Shown one piece after another: positions 9,499 to 18,979 of a stretch of 64,000 nt of DNA (the first letter of the stretch is position 1; each line of letters begins with the position of its first letter). The position numbers and the translations under genes were made by a program. Source of the stretch: an uncultured Dehalococcoidia bacterium (lineage in GTDB: Bacteria; Chloroflexota; Dehalococcoidia; SM23-28-2; RBG-16-64-32). The DNA is taken from positions 2,288 through 66,287 of the forward strand of contig CAZYOV010000002.1 of the NCBI GenBank assembly GCA_964649215.1. The letters are read 5' to 3'. Below the pieces are notes generated by a model. The model made no database searches and was not told the DNA's origin. It saw only the letters and a program-made list of their open reading frames with translations.

Positions 9499-9814
9499 GT
9501 CCTCAGTATAGCAGGAGGGTTACACGGTTACGTGTGAAGGTGGCCGGCGCCGGGTAAATCTCTCCCATCACATCATGGGAACGGTTAGGGGAGGCCAGTG
9601 ACACCGAGACAGGGATAGTCCAGAGGCGTACAATACCCCCACTATGGAGCCGCGTATCCAGTACGCCCAGACCAAGGACGGGAAGGCCGCACGCTAAGCG
9701 CGGTTATGCTAAGGCCCTGCGTGCTAGAATTTCTTAGAGCCTCGCATGACCCCTAGATTGCCGGGGCAAGTGTCACCCCCGGACATCTTGTCGCCCACGT
9801 TCTAAGGATACCTA

Positions 9815-10606
9815 GTGACTGATCGCCTCGCAGGTGTTAATGCGAAAATCGCACGGGCCAATAAGCACATCGACGACTTGGATGGTCGGCGTCAATCCTT
9901 TTTCGTAGAAGACCCGTACAAAGTCGGAGCCAAGCGCGACAAAAAGACCCGAAGACCAATCTATTACATCACCAGCGTTCAAGATGTCCCGCCCGACATT
10001 GCGGCCGTAGCCGGAGACGTTATCCAAAACCTCCGTAGTGCCCTTGACCATTTGGCTTATCAGCTTGTTCTGGTCGGCACGGGATTGCCGGGGCCGTTCG
10101 ATCATGTCTATTTCCCAATCTCTGACTCGGCCTCGAAGTACGAAGCCGGAAAGGCGAGACAGATAAAGGGCATGAGGCAGGACGCCATAGACGCGATCGA
10201 CGCGATCAAGCCATACAAGGGAGGGAATGACATACTTTGGCGACTCCATAGCCTCAACAAAATCGACAAGCACCGACTCCTTCTCACCGCTGGGTCTACC
10301 CTTGAAAGCGTAGACATTGCGGGTGACATGACTCGGTTGCTGGAGAAGGCGATGGGCAAGCCGCTTGACATGGCTTTCCCCGAATTGGCCCTCCGACCTG
10401 CCAACAGGCTCTTCCCCCTGAAAGCAGGCGACCATCTCTTTATCGGTGCCCCTGATGACGAAATCGACAAGAACAAGAAGTTCACCTTTGAGGTATCGCT
10501 CAATGAGCCTGGGATTATCGAGGGTGAACCTGTGCTCAAAGTGGTCAAGGACATGCTTGATCTTATCGAGAACCTTACTCCCAACTTCCGACCGTTGCTC
10601 AAGTAA
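9815..10606 (+). CDS. hypothetical protein in low-GC patch; possible HEPN-like (Rx4H) abortive-infection-type protein
   Basis: 263 aa. GTG start with AAGGA 8 nt upstream. Local GC about 50% against about 65% background. Motif NLRSALDHLAYQL. An equally long antisense ORF (9812-10624) makes the strand call uncertain. Confidence 0.4.
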   Translation: MTDRLAGVNAKIARANKHIDDLDGRRQSFFVEDPYKVGAKRDKKTRRPIYYITSVQDVPPDIAAVAGDVIQNLRSALDHLAYQLVLVGTGLPGPFDHVYFPISDSASKYEAGKARQIKGMRQDAIDAIDAIKPYKGGNDILWRLHSLNKIDKHRLLLTAGSTLESVDIAGDMTRLLEKAMGKPLDMAFPELALRPANRLFPLKAGDHLFIGAPDDEIDKNKKFTFEVSLNEPGIIEGEPVLKVVKDMLDLIENLTPNFRPLLK

Positions 10607-10715
10607 GGCCCGATCACCTTTCATGGCGAACCTTGTACAGTAAAGGGGCAGTTGCCAGACTTCTTAGTGTTCCCTCTCCGGGTGCAGACGTGAGGTTTCC
10701 TGGTATCGCGGCGTG

Positions 10716-11921
10716 TCACCGTGTCAACAGCCCGTCTACGTTCGCCACAGGCTTGCCTACGTCCATGCGGGATTGTTCGGGGATTTTGTTCCTTTCATTC
10801 ACTCCAACCATAGGGATATGGTTGGATGAAAGGATGAATGTATAATATCCCCGTCGTAGTTTGTGAATCTGTCCCGTCTGTACGAGGCCGTTGACGGCTC
10901 GTCGCACGGTGGTTTCGGAGAAGGGGCTGGCCTCCACGATATCCTTAAATTGCGCCCCTTTGAGCCTAGACGCTCCCCACTGCTTGAGCCATTCCTGGGC
11001 CCTGATCACCTCGCCGACGCCCTTATCCCCGGCCACCTCCGCAACCTCGAACTGGTCCTCTCCTCCCTTGAGTAGGAACAGCTTCTCGTTGCCGCCTAGC
11101 CATCGGTTCTTTGCCATGTCCAGCTTCACCGTGTCGCTGTCCACCGTCTCTAGGTTGAGGACGATATCGGCGCTCGCAGGACGGGCTGAGGCACCGCGTG
11201 CCTTATACACCTTCTTGGCAATTTCGCCCTTGCCGATCTGCTGAACCTGAATCACTGTGGCGCTCGTGAGGGTGATCAGGTCGCGGATGGCCCGAGCCTG
11301 GGCGTTGGCCTCAGCGTTGTCCTCCTCTCGCTCGGTTCGGAAGGCGGCTGATATCGTGTCGATGATCACCACGTCAAAGCTGTGCTCCTTGACGACCAAG
11401 GCCAGCTTGTGGATATCCTCCATGAAGTCGATGGCCGGAATGAACGCCAACCCCTCGGGGCGGTCACTGGTAGAGATGACGTTGAGCTTGGTGCGGCGGA
11501 GGTTGTCAGGCGTCTCTAAGTCGAGGTAGAGCACGCGCAGGGGTCGGGGGAAGGGAATCCCCACGAACTCCTTCCCACGGGCCGCATGGACGGCCCAGTT
11601 GTAGAGGAGCGTTGTCTTGCCGACGCCGGAGTCGCCGCTTACGAGGACGTTGCTTCCGGGGAAGATGAATGGTCCCCACAGGCTTTCCGTCTCGCTCTCA
11701 TCTAAAGGTTCCAGGTCCTTCGCCCACAATAGGGAAAGTTCCTTTCTTTCAACATTATCCTTAGGGATGGATGGATGGAAGGAACGTTCGTCGGGCGCGC
11801 CGCCGTTGCGCCCGATGCCGTCCGCCCGTGGATGGGGTTCCGTGGTCGGACCCGCGTATTCGCACACGTGGCATCGGCCGTCGTCTGCCAGCAGGTGATT
11901 CCTCTCGCAAGTGGCGTTCAT
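10716..11921 (-). CDS. RepA-like AAA_25 ATPase (replicative-helicase-like) with N-terminal Cys motif and C-terminal wHTH
   Basis: Walker A VLVSGDSGVGKTTLL. Walker B/DExx region VVIIDTISAAF. 401 aa. Confidence 0.7.
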   Translation of the reverse strand: MNATCERNHLLADDGRCHVCEYAGPTTEPHPRADGIGRNGGAPDERSFHPSIPKDNVERKELSLLWAKDLEPLDESETESLWGPFIFPGSNVLVSGDSGVGKTTLLYNWAVHAARGKEFVGIPFPRPLRVLYLDLETPDNLRRTKLNVISTSDRPEGLAFIPAIDFMEDIHKLALVVKEHSFDVVIIDTISAAFRTEREEDNAEANAQARAIRDLITLTSATVIQVQQIGKGEIAKKVYKARGASARPASADIVLNLETVDSDTVKLDMAKNRWLGGNEKLFLLKGGEDQFEVAEVAGDKGVGEVIRAQEWLKQWGASRLKGAQFKDIVEASPFSETTVRRAVNGLVQTGQIHKLRRGYYTFILSSNHIPMVGVNERNKIPEQSRMDVGKPVANVDGLLTR

Positions 11922-12096
11922 GGCCTGTCCTTCCCCTCCCCCTGCGGAAGCGCTGGAGCTGCCCTGTTAACGAAGACGCGCCTGCAGTGCTGGCAGATGG
12001 TGTGCCGAGGAGACAACGGACAGCACGGGGAGTCGCAGGGGTAGCCGCAACTTGGGCACGGCTCGCGTGTCGGCTCAAGGAAGTCAGGGGGAGCTC

Positions 12097-12354
12097 TCAT
12101 CGCACCTCCCGCCGCCTCCTCTGACGTACTTTGGCGCTCTGCAGTGCCATCCTTGAGAAGTGAAGCTTCTTGGCCGCTTCCGCCCTCCGCTGACGCTCTG
12201 CTGGTGGTAGAGTACCGTCAGGGTCAACCTGTTCCTCGAATTTCGAGAGGAATCTTGCCCTCGCTGCCGCCGTATATTCTCTGGAATCGCGCTTGGCGGA
12301 TAGGGCCAGGCCCCCAATGCGGGCACGAAGCGTCGAGAGGGTTTTGCCACTCAC
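12097..12354 (-). CDS. small basic hypothetical protein
   Basis: 85-aa ORF between the ATPase and the next gene; basic, possible DNA-binding protein; weak support. Confidence 0.25.
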   Translation of the reverse strand: MSGKTLSTLRARIGGLALSAKRDSREYTAAARARFLSKFEEQVDPDGTLPPAERQRRAEAAKKLHFSRMALQSAKVRQRRRREVR

Positions 12355-12401
12355 AGACCGAAGTCTACGGTGTGCTAGGGTCCGACAATTAGCGTGGAAA
12401 T

Positions 12402-13217
12402 TTAGCGTTGACGGCGCTTGGAGCGTCGCCAGCGCTCCCTGTCACGTGCTTGGCGACAGAGGTCGCAGAGGCGGTTGCGATGGCGCTTGGGAACAAACGG
12501 GAGCAGCCTTGTGCAGTCGGGGCACCGGCTAGGAAGAGTAGCGCTGCGTAGATCGTCGGCGATCTCTTGATAGCAGAGCGCCCACATGCTAAAGCAGACG
12601 GTGGTGTGGACAGGTAGGAACTCGTAGTTGTCCGGCTCATCGGAGCCGGACTTGGGCTCTCCCGTCCAGCGGTTCGTCTCACTGAGATCATCTACTGGCG
12701 GCTGCTCGCTTTCAAACTTGGTCCATACAGCCTTCTCAATGTCCAGTTCCACAACATCGTCCAACAACCTCTGCGTTAGCGCCTCGGTATCCCATGAGCC
12801 CCACGACTCCATCTTGTCACCGAAATAACGCAATGCCGACACCTCGTTATCGAGAATCTCCAGCGCCCCGTCGCTCATCAAATAACCGCGATGCCCCATC
12901 CTCGCGCCAACGAACAGACCGAACCACTGGGCCCATTTCCACGTCTCTAGAAGCGTGGTGTCGAATCGGCTCACTCTGTTGAAAATCTCAAGATAGAAGC
13001 GCTCTGGAGTTGGCAAGTAGGCACGCCCAGCTAGCGCCGTGCCGGTGGGATCGATCAGGATGATGGCAACCGTGCCGCTGTCAATATTGACATACGGTGT
13101 GTCAACTGAGCCGGGGGCAAACAGCCCGTATTTCATTGCACTGGCCTTGATCACACCCTTGTCGAGGGCGGTATCACCCAACACTTGCTGGAAGACCAGA
13201 ACGTGGCGGCCACGCAA
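12402..13217 (-). CDS. hypothetical protein with C-terminal CxxC..CxxC zinc finger
   Basis: 271 aa; ..RCPDCTRLLPFVPKRHRNRLCDLCRQ; no recognisable catalytic motif. Confidence 0.45.
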   Translation of the reverse strand: MRGRHVLVFQQVLGDTALDKGVIKASAMKYGLFAPGSVDTPYVNIDSGTVAIILIDPTGTALAGRAYLPTPERFYLEIFNRVSRFDTTLLETWKWAQWFGLFVGARMGHRGYLMSDGALEILDNEVSALRYFGDKMESWGSWDTEALTQRLLDDVVELDIEKAVWTKFESEQPPVDDLSETNRWTGEPKSGSDEPDNYEFLPVHTTVCFSMWALCYQEIADDLRSATLPSRCPDCTRLLPFVPKRHRNRLCDLCRQARDRERWRRSKRRQR

Positions 13218-13276
13218 TATTCAGTGCTCCTAGGTGGCCTTGGCTGAGGGGCGCTCCCGACACATGAGGGGCTGGA

Positions 13277-14221
13277 TCACAGCCTGTCCCCCAACCGCAG
13301 CCGCTTGTGGGCGGCCAGCGCTCTCTCTTGCCCCGTGCTGGCGGCGTAGCGTAGAACCATGTCCCGCGACCGCCAGCCCATGAGCCTCATCAGGTCGGAC
13401 TCGGCGCCGCCGGCTGCCAGCCACGCGTGGGCAGCGCTGTGTCGCAGTATGTGTGGATGTATTCTGCCCAGCCCCGCCTGCTCGCCGCGGCGGCGGATCG
13501 CCAGGCGCAGCCCTTGGTCGGTAAGCGGCCCCCTACGCCCCAGCCACAAGGCCGCGGAGTGGGCGTCACGATGGGCGGCCCGGAGGCGGAGGTACTTGTC
13601 CAGCGCCCGCCCCGTCTTTGACCCTAGAGAGACGACGCGCCAGCGCCGACCCTTTCCTAGAACGCGAACGACGCCCTGATCGAGGTCTACGTCGTGCTGC
13701 TCCTCGTCGTCGGGACACCAGCGCAGGCCCAGGACTTCGCCGATGCGACAGCCAGTGTCGATCATCAGTCGGATGATGGCCATATCGCGACGGTCCTCAA
13801 ACCACTGGCCTTCGCAGGCCCGAAGCAGCTTCCGCAGCTCACCCTCGCCCAGGACGTCCGGCGCTTCCTCTGGGATCTTGGGTACCTGCATCCGCGCCAT
13901 TGGCGACTCCTTGATCTCGCCGTCCTCCACCAGGAATTTGAAGAACTGCTGAAGCGAGCGGTAGCGGTTTGCGGCGGTGGTGGCCTTGAATCGCGTCAAC
14001 AGGTCGGCGATGAACTCCTCGAGGTGCTCGCGGGTGATTGCCGACACGTCGCGGGGCATTCCCCGGTCGGCAAGGAAGACGTCGAGCGCCTTCACAGCCT
14101 CGGTGTAGACCTCCACCGTCCTGGGGGCGCGGTTGCGCGCCTGGAGATACCGCCGGAAGGGGCCGAGGTTGACTTGTATGCCGCTCTCCGCGACACTGTG
14201 TGCATGGGCGGCTTGGCGCAT
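13277..14221 (-). CDS. tyrosine recombinase/integrase (XerC/D-like)
   Basis: R..HxLRH..Y catalytic signature ([22 protein letters not shown]). N-terminal SAM-like domain. GGAGA SD before the ATG at 14221. Adjacent to tRNA-Gln. Confidence 0.8.
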   Translation of the reverse strand: MRQAAHAHSVAESGIQVNLGPFRRYLQARNRAPRTVEVYTEAVKALDVFLADRGMPRDVSAITREHLEEFIADLLTRFKATTAANRYRSLQQFFKFLVEDGEIKESPMARMQVPKIPEEAPDVLGEGELRKLLRACEGQWFEDRRDMAIIRLMIDTGCRIGEVLGLRWCPDDEEQHDVDLDQGVVRVLGKGRRWRVVSLGSKTGRALDKYLRLRAAHRDAHSAALWLGRRGPLTDQGLRLAIRRRGEQAGLGRIHPHILRHSAAHAWLAAGGAESDLMRLMGWRSRDMVLRYAASTGQERALAAHKRLRLGDRL

Positions 14222-14308
14222 TGTTTATCTCCTTGCTGGGTAATCGGTTCACCTAATTATCTATGCAACGAGCGCTGTGCGTCAAGCCTCCCAGATATAA
14301 TTTATAGC

Positions 14309-14382
14309 TGCGGGATTGTGTAATGGTAGCACGGCTGATTCTGGATCAGTTAGTCTAGGTTCGAATCCTAGTCCCGCAGCCA
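14309..14382 (+). tRNA. tRNA-Gln (anticodon CTG)
   Basis: 74 nt with cloverleaf. Acceptor TGCGGGA/TCCCGCA. Anticodon stem GCTGA/TCAGT with loop TTCTGGA. T-arm CTAGG-TTCGAAT-CCTAG. Ends in CCA. Confidence 0.8.
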
Positions 14383-14387
14383 AGCGT

Positions 14388-14464
14388 GGCGCATTCGTCT
14401 AGTGGCCCAGGACACCGCCCTCTCAAGGCGGAGATCACGGGTTCGAATCCCGTATGCGCCACCA
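14388..14464 (+). tRNA. tRNA-Glu (anticodon CTC)
   Basis: Acceptor GGCGCAT/ATGCGCC. Anticodon stem CCGCC/GGCGG with loop CTCTCAA. T-arm ACGGG-TTCGAAT-CCCGT. CCA end. Very similar overall to canonical bacterial tRNA-Glu. Confidence 0.8.
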
Positions 14465-14481
14465 CATTTTCAATAGGGAAA

Positions 14482-14506
14482 CGCCCCCCGGAGGGGGCGT
14501 TTGTCG
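14482..14506 (+). terminator. rho-independent terminator hairpin after tRNA-Glu
   Basis: cgccccccggagggggcg followed by tttgtcgtcc. Confidence 0.55.
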
Positions 14507-14523
14507 TCCATTTGTCGTCCAAA
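14501..14523 (+). repeat. integrase arm-type tandem repeat ttgtcgtccatttgtcgtccaaa (attL side)
   Basis: 22 of 23 identical to 29349-29371; a related copy at 9787-9797. Confidence 0.55.
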
Positions 14524-14524
14524 C

Positions 14525-15670
14525 TCACGAGCCCGTCGCCGCCAGAACGCCGTCCAGCGCCGACGCCGCCTCCCGCTGCATGTCCGGCAGGACGTGGGAG
14601 TAGGTGTCTAGGGTGATACTCACCGTGGCGTGGCCCAACCGCTCGCTGACTATTTTCGGGTGGACGCCCGCCTGCAACATTAGGGTCGCGGCGGTGTGCC
14701 GCAGGTCATGCACCCTCAGCGGCCCCACGTCAGCCGCCTTGACGACGCCGTAGAACACGCGGCGAACAGTTGAGTCGTAGACGGGCCTCCCCAGCGCGTC
14801 GGCGAACACAAGACCGTTCTCCTCATAACCTGGCCCCACCTGCATACGCTGTTCCAGCTGCTCCCGGCGATGCTCCCTGAGAGCGGCCACCGTGTCGGGC
14901 GAGAGAGCGACGGGCCGCCGCGAGCGCTGCGTCTTCGGCTGGCTGAACACGATCCCCTGCCCCCTAGCGAACCGGGCCGTCCGCACGATCCTCAGCGTCC
15001 CCCCGTCTAGGTCGACATCCGACCACCGCAAGGCCAGCAGCTCGCCCGACCGCGCTCCGGTCTGTAATGCGAGGTAGAAAAAGGTGTAGTGCGGCGTGTC
15101 CGAAGCCGCCTCCAAGAACCGCTGCGCTCCCTCCGGCGAGAGGACGCGCATCTCCCTCCGCTGCGCCCTTGGGGCTGACACGGCGTCGGCAGGGTTTGCA
15201 GCCAGCAGTTGCCACTTCACCGCCCAGGACAGAGCCTCCCGCAAGATCGCGTGGTGCTCTTTGACCGTCTTGGCGCTTAGGGATTCGCCCCGCCCGTCGC
15301 GGCGTTGAAAGGACGAGTAAGCCGCCTGTATGTGGGCGGGCCGCAGGTCGCGCAGGCGAACCCGCCCCAGCGCCGGTGCCAGGTGGTGGCGGACGATGCC
15401 CTGATATCGTTGGAGGGTAGAGGCTGCGACCTGCTCGGTGGCATAATCCCGAAGCCAACGCTCCAAGAAGTCGCCGACCGTGATCTTATTGGGGGCGATG
15501 TCGATGCCGGTGTCCCGCTGGTGCAGCGCTTCGGAGAGGACGCGCTCGGCTTCCTTTTTCGTCCCCCTCACGGTAAGAAAGCGGCGCAGGCGTCGCCCCT
15601 GAGCGTCGCGCCCCAGGTCTATGGTGAGCCCCCAGCCATCTTTACCCCGTCTTCGGATGCTTCCGGCCAT
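14525..15670 (-). CDS. phage-type tyrosine integrase with N-terminal arm-binding domain
   Basis: 381 aa. HDLRHTAAT...LGHATVSITLDTYSH catalytic box. First gene next to the tRNA-Glu 3' end. Confidence 0.85.
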   Translation of the reverse strand: MAGSIRRRGKDGWGLTIDLGRDAQGRRLRRFLTVRGTKKEAERVLSEALHQRDTGIDIAPNKITVGDFLERWLRDYATEQVAASTLQRYQGIVRHHLAPALGRVRLRDLRPAHIQAAYSSFQRRDGRGESLSAKTVKEHHAILREALSWAVKWQLLAANPADAVSAPRAQRREMRVLSPEGAQRFLEAASDTPHYTFFYLALQTGARSGELLALRWSDVDLDGGTLRIVRTARFARGQGIVFSQPKTQRSRRPVALSPDTVAALREHRREQLEQRMQVGPGYEENGLVFADALGRPVYDSTVRRVFYGVVKAADVGPLRVHDLRHTAATLMLQAGVHPKIVSERLGHATVSITLDTYSHVLPDMQREAASALDGVLAATGS

Positions 15671-15822
15671 CGCCCTGCTCCTTTCGTCGCCTGCGAAACG
15701 CCTTTGCCTTACAAGCTGGACTGCAATACTTCTGAGAGTACGGTTGCAGAGGTTCGTACCTCTTGCCGCACACAGGACACTTAACTCTCATGCCGTAAGC
15801 GTAACGGCAGGCGTTACGATTG

Positions 15823-16053
15823 TCAAGCCTTTTCTTTGTTTAGCAGCGCCGGGGCGTCATCCCTGCCGCCCTCTGACGCACTGCACTGCTCTTCGATCCA
15901 CTGGTGCAACCGATGCCGGGGGAGGCGTATGATTCGGCCCAACCTGACATGCGGCAGCTCGCCGCGACGGATCAGTTCATACACGTGGTTAGGGTGGACG
16001 CGCAGCAGCTCGGCGGCTTCAGCGACGGTTAGCAAGGGGGCGCTATTGTCCAT
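15823..16053 (-). CDS. excisionase-family / AlpA-like HTH DNA-binding protein
   Basis: LLTVAEAAELLRVHPNHVYELIRRGELPHVRLGRIIRL; 76 aa, located just downstream of int. Confidence 0.6.
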   Translation of the reverse strand: MDNSAPLLTVAEAAELLRVHPNHVYELIRRGELPHVRLGRIIRLPRHRLHQWIEEQCSASEGGRDDAPALLNKEKA

Positions 16054-16502
16054 TTCCCTCCAGCCTTGGCTGATGGGCGGCGGGGAGGATGGGGCTCTCT
16101 TGCAGCTTGAGGTCGCCTACGGTGTCGCCTTCGCCGTCTTCGCCAAGCTCTCCCTTGACGATCTCGCAGATGCCCTCGCAGAGATGGAGAAGCTGTAGCT
16201 CGGCGCGGCTGAGATTGCGGGGCAAGTAGGGTGCCGCTCCGTGAAGGTTAAGGATACGGACAGCGGCCACGCGGATGTTTCTCAAGTCGTGCTGTCCGAG
16301 CAAGGGAAATCTCGCTTGTGCTACCCTAAACGTAGCCGTCGATTGCACGGCGTCCTCCAATATCTAGGCCCGCTCTCTGATTCGCGTCGGGGGCGGGTCT
16401 GGTGCTTTTCGTGAGCCCTCATAGCCGCCGAAGAGGGGAGGAACCACATGGATATGGCCCAGGGAAAGGAGAACCTGGAACCCCTTCGGCGACTGTGGCG
16501 GA

Positions 16503-18524
16503 TCACGAAGTCTCCCATGATCGGTCTAGCCTATGTTCGTCGCAGAATGGCTTGCCGTTAGGGGCGTAGTAGGTGGCCTCAGCCCCGCAGGTGAGGCAGG
16601 AATCGGGGCCGTCGTCAGGGCTCTCCATAGGCGGGGCTGACTCTTGGTGTTCCGTATCTGAGCCGTCTAAGGTGGGGTCGGTATTCTCTCCCCGCCTTAG
16701 GGCAGGGAGTTCCCACTTCCACTGTCCATCGGCCCCAAATCCAGACTTCACCGACCGCACGCCGAGCGCGTCCTTTGCCCCGCGAAGCGTTGCCTCTTTG
16801 ACCCCCGCCGCTGTCGCCGCCTTCCGTATTTCGGTCGGTGACACGGGGCCGCTAGAGAGCAAGTCTGTCAGAATCTCTTTGGCTTCGACTAGCGCGGTTC
16901 GCCCCTCGCCATCAGCCGGGGCCGCTAGTAGCTGGTGCGCCGTCAGATCGGACTTGCCCGCCCAGGTGAACCCCTGGCCGTCACTCCAGCGGTAAGTCAG
17001 CGTCTCAGCCGGTGCCGCCAGGTTGTTCTTTACAACGGCGAAATGGCGCAGCGTCGAATCGTCAGCGTCCTCGCCCACCAGCAAGACGCTACGGGGAGCT
17101 GCTGAGAAATCTATAGAGGCGAGAATCCGCTGGAAGGCGTTGCCCGCCAGCTTCTTGTTCAGGTGAATAATGCCCAGGACACTCACCTTAGTCTCTCCGG
17201 CCAGCCTTTGCAGGGGGGCCAGGACGCCGCGCACTTGGGCGGATACGTGGGTGTCCGTACCGCCGGTGAACGCTAGAACGGGGTCGATGATGATGAGCCG
17301 CGTCTCTGGGGTGAGGGCCTGTTCTAGCAACGGTAGGTGATCATGGAGATTAAAGGCTACCTCCCCCTCTGCCGTCCAGATCATCGTCAAGGCCGTAATC
17401 CGATTCACGTCGGCTCCGAGCGTGTCCAAGCGGGGACGAACAGTATCGTCTAGGTCGTCTTCGGCGGTGAGAAGTAGAACGTCCCCCTGCGGAGCGATCC
17501 CGCCGTCCGGCCAGGGGGAGCCGCGAGAAGTCCGAGCGGCGATGTCCAGGGACAGCATCGACTTCATTAACCCAGGGTCCCCGGCGATGATGGAGATTTT
17601 ACCCAGGGGAATACGCCCAGGCCAAAGCCACTGAACCTGACGGGGGGTTACGTCGCTCAGGCGCACCAGTACAGGGGCCTTCGGCGGGGCGTCCTCATTT
17701 TCGTGAACGCCGAACTGCGAGTCTGGAATATGAATGTTCCCGCCGGCGGGACGTTCTCTCTTGGGCTTGCTGGCAGGGTAGCGGGCGACACTGGCGGCGA
17801 TAGCCAGTACATCGCGGTTGGATAACGGGGGGTCGCAGCGGCCCGTGTTGGCGACCAGCAGGGCAGCAGCTATCTCAGCCTCCCCGAAGCCTCTGCGTCT
17901 CATCGTCCCCGCGAGGCTGGCGAGGGTACTGTTGCGCTCGCCGCTGGGGATGATCTCGCTAACCTCAGGGGCACGCTGCCCGTTCTGCATCAGCCTCTTG
18001 AACACGTCGGGCAGGGGGGCAGGCTTTAGATCACCAGGGGCGCACCCCACCTCCCATTCGTACCGACGCCCTGAGGCGTGCACGGAGGGCGGCGCTACGA
18101 TGTAGCCGCCCTTTGAGCGAACGTCTACGCCGGGCGCGATGCCCGCGCCGTTCCCGTAATCCTCATCGACGTGGTAGATAAGGTGACAGCCGCCGCCGCC
18201 GGTCAACGCGGTCACGGTATCGGGCAAGTCTCCCAGGTTGGCTACTGATTCGTCGCCGCCTGATCGGGGGTCAATGTCGATGGCGAGAAGGCCGTCGCCC
18301 ATGACTAACCCGATATTGGCCTGGGGCTGTTCGCCCCACCATTTCGTAATCGCCGCCACGTCAACCGTCGCGTCGCTCAGGCCATGCTCTGTCCTGGGAT
18401 GTTTGGCGGGGGAGCTACAGTCCCCTCGCTGACAGGAGCACTTGCCGTCAACGGCCCACTGTAGGGGGAAGACGGGCCGCCCCTGGGCCGCGTAGGAAAG
18501 GGCGGCGTCCAGCAGGGCGCTCAT
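16503..18524 (-). CDS. bifunctional primase-polymerase (Prim-Pol, PriCT) fused to RepA-like AAA_25 helicase ATPase
   Basis: Prim-Pol N-terminal domain (LLAIDIDPRSGG, GGGCHLIYHVD, SKGGYIVAPPSVH). ATPase segment KISIIAGDPGLMKS. The likely start is M at 18524, coupled by an ATGA overlap to the upstream small ORF. Confidence 0.75.
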   Translation of the reverse strand: MSALLDAALSYAAQGRPVFPLQWAVDGKCSCQRGDCSSPAKHPRTEHGLSDATVDVAAITKWWGEQPQANIGLVMGDGLLAIDIDPRSGGDESVANLGDLPDTVTALTGGGGCHLIYHVDEDYGNGAGIAPGVDVRSKGGYIVAPPSVHASGRRYEWEVGCAPGDLKPAPLPDVFKRLMQNGQRAPEVSEIIPSGERNSTLASLAGTMRRRGFGEAEIAAALLVANTGRCDPPLSNRDVLAIAASVARYPASKPKRERPAGGNIHIPDSQFGVHENEDAPPKAPVLVRLSDVTPRQVQWLWPGRIPLGKISIIAGDPGLMKSMLSLDIAARTSRGSPWPDGGIAPQGDVLLLTAEDDLDDTVRPRLDTLGADVNRITALTMIWTAEGEVAFNLHDHLPLLEQALTPETRLIIIDPVLAFTGGTDTHVSAQVRGVLAPLQRLAGETKVSVLGIIHLNKKLAGNAFQRILASIDFSAAPRSVLLVGEDADDSTLRHFAVVKNNLAAPAETLTYRWSDGQGFTWAGKSDLTAHQLLAAPADGEGRTALVEAKEILTDLLSSGPVSPTEIRKAATAAGVKEATLRGAKDALGVRSVKSGFGADGQWKWELPALRRGENTDPTLDGSDTEHQESAPPMESPDDGPDSCLTCGAEATYYAPNGKPFCDEHRLDRSWETS

Positions 18525-18739
18525 TGCATCAACCCAATTTCGAGCCGGGGGCACTCGGCTTCACGAAGCGCGGCTAGAAAATGATCTACGGCTTCGGGGA
18601 GCGCACGGCGGGCATCATCATCGCCGTAGACGGCCATCTCCGCGAGGCAGTCCAGCCAGGACGTGGCCTGTGTGGGCGTGCAGCAGGTCGGGGTGTGGCT
18701 AGGCCACCGAAAAGGTTGTGTGCTATGCTTGGAGTACAT
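18521..18739 (-). CDS. small hypothetical protein, translationally coupled to the primase gene
   Basis: 72-aa ORF whose stop overlaps the ATG of the prim-pol gene (ATGA). Confidence 0.35.
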   Translation of the reverse strand: MYSKHSTQPFRWPSHTPTCCTPTQATSWLDCLAEMAVYGDDDARRALPEAVDHFLAALREAECPRLEIGLMQ

Positions 18740-18796
18740 CGCGTTTCCTTTCGTCGGGCTACGCAGGCAAGCCGCCTTTCGGGGCGGCTTTGCTGT

Positions 18797-18979
18797 TTAC
18801 ACGGCTACTGATTCCCGTTCGTTCAGAATGCGCTCAACCTCGGATTCGGCGACGCGGTAGTGGCCGTTCGGCAACTTCTTCGCGTCGAGCTTGCCGTCAC
18901 GAATCCAATTCCACAGCGACCACCGAGTGAGACCTAGCTGCTGCTCAACCTCGATCAAGGGCAGCATCCGTTCGGGCAT
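18797..18979 (-). CDS. AlpA/excisionase-family HTH regulator
   Basis: 60 aa; LTRWSLWNWIRDGKLDAKKLPNGHYRV. Confidence 0.5.
   Translation of the reverse strand: MPERMLPLIEVEQQLGLTRWSLWNWIRDGKLDAKKLPNGHYRVAESEVERILNERESVAV

Noticed and set aside
9812-10624. 270-aa minus-strand alternative to the low-GC ORF
   Set aside because: It is not fully rejected. The plus-strand frame is preferred because of its K/D-rich composition and the SD before the GTG start, but the strand remains uncertain.
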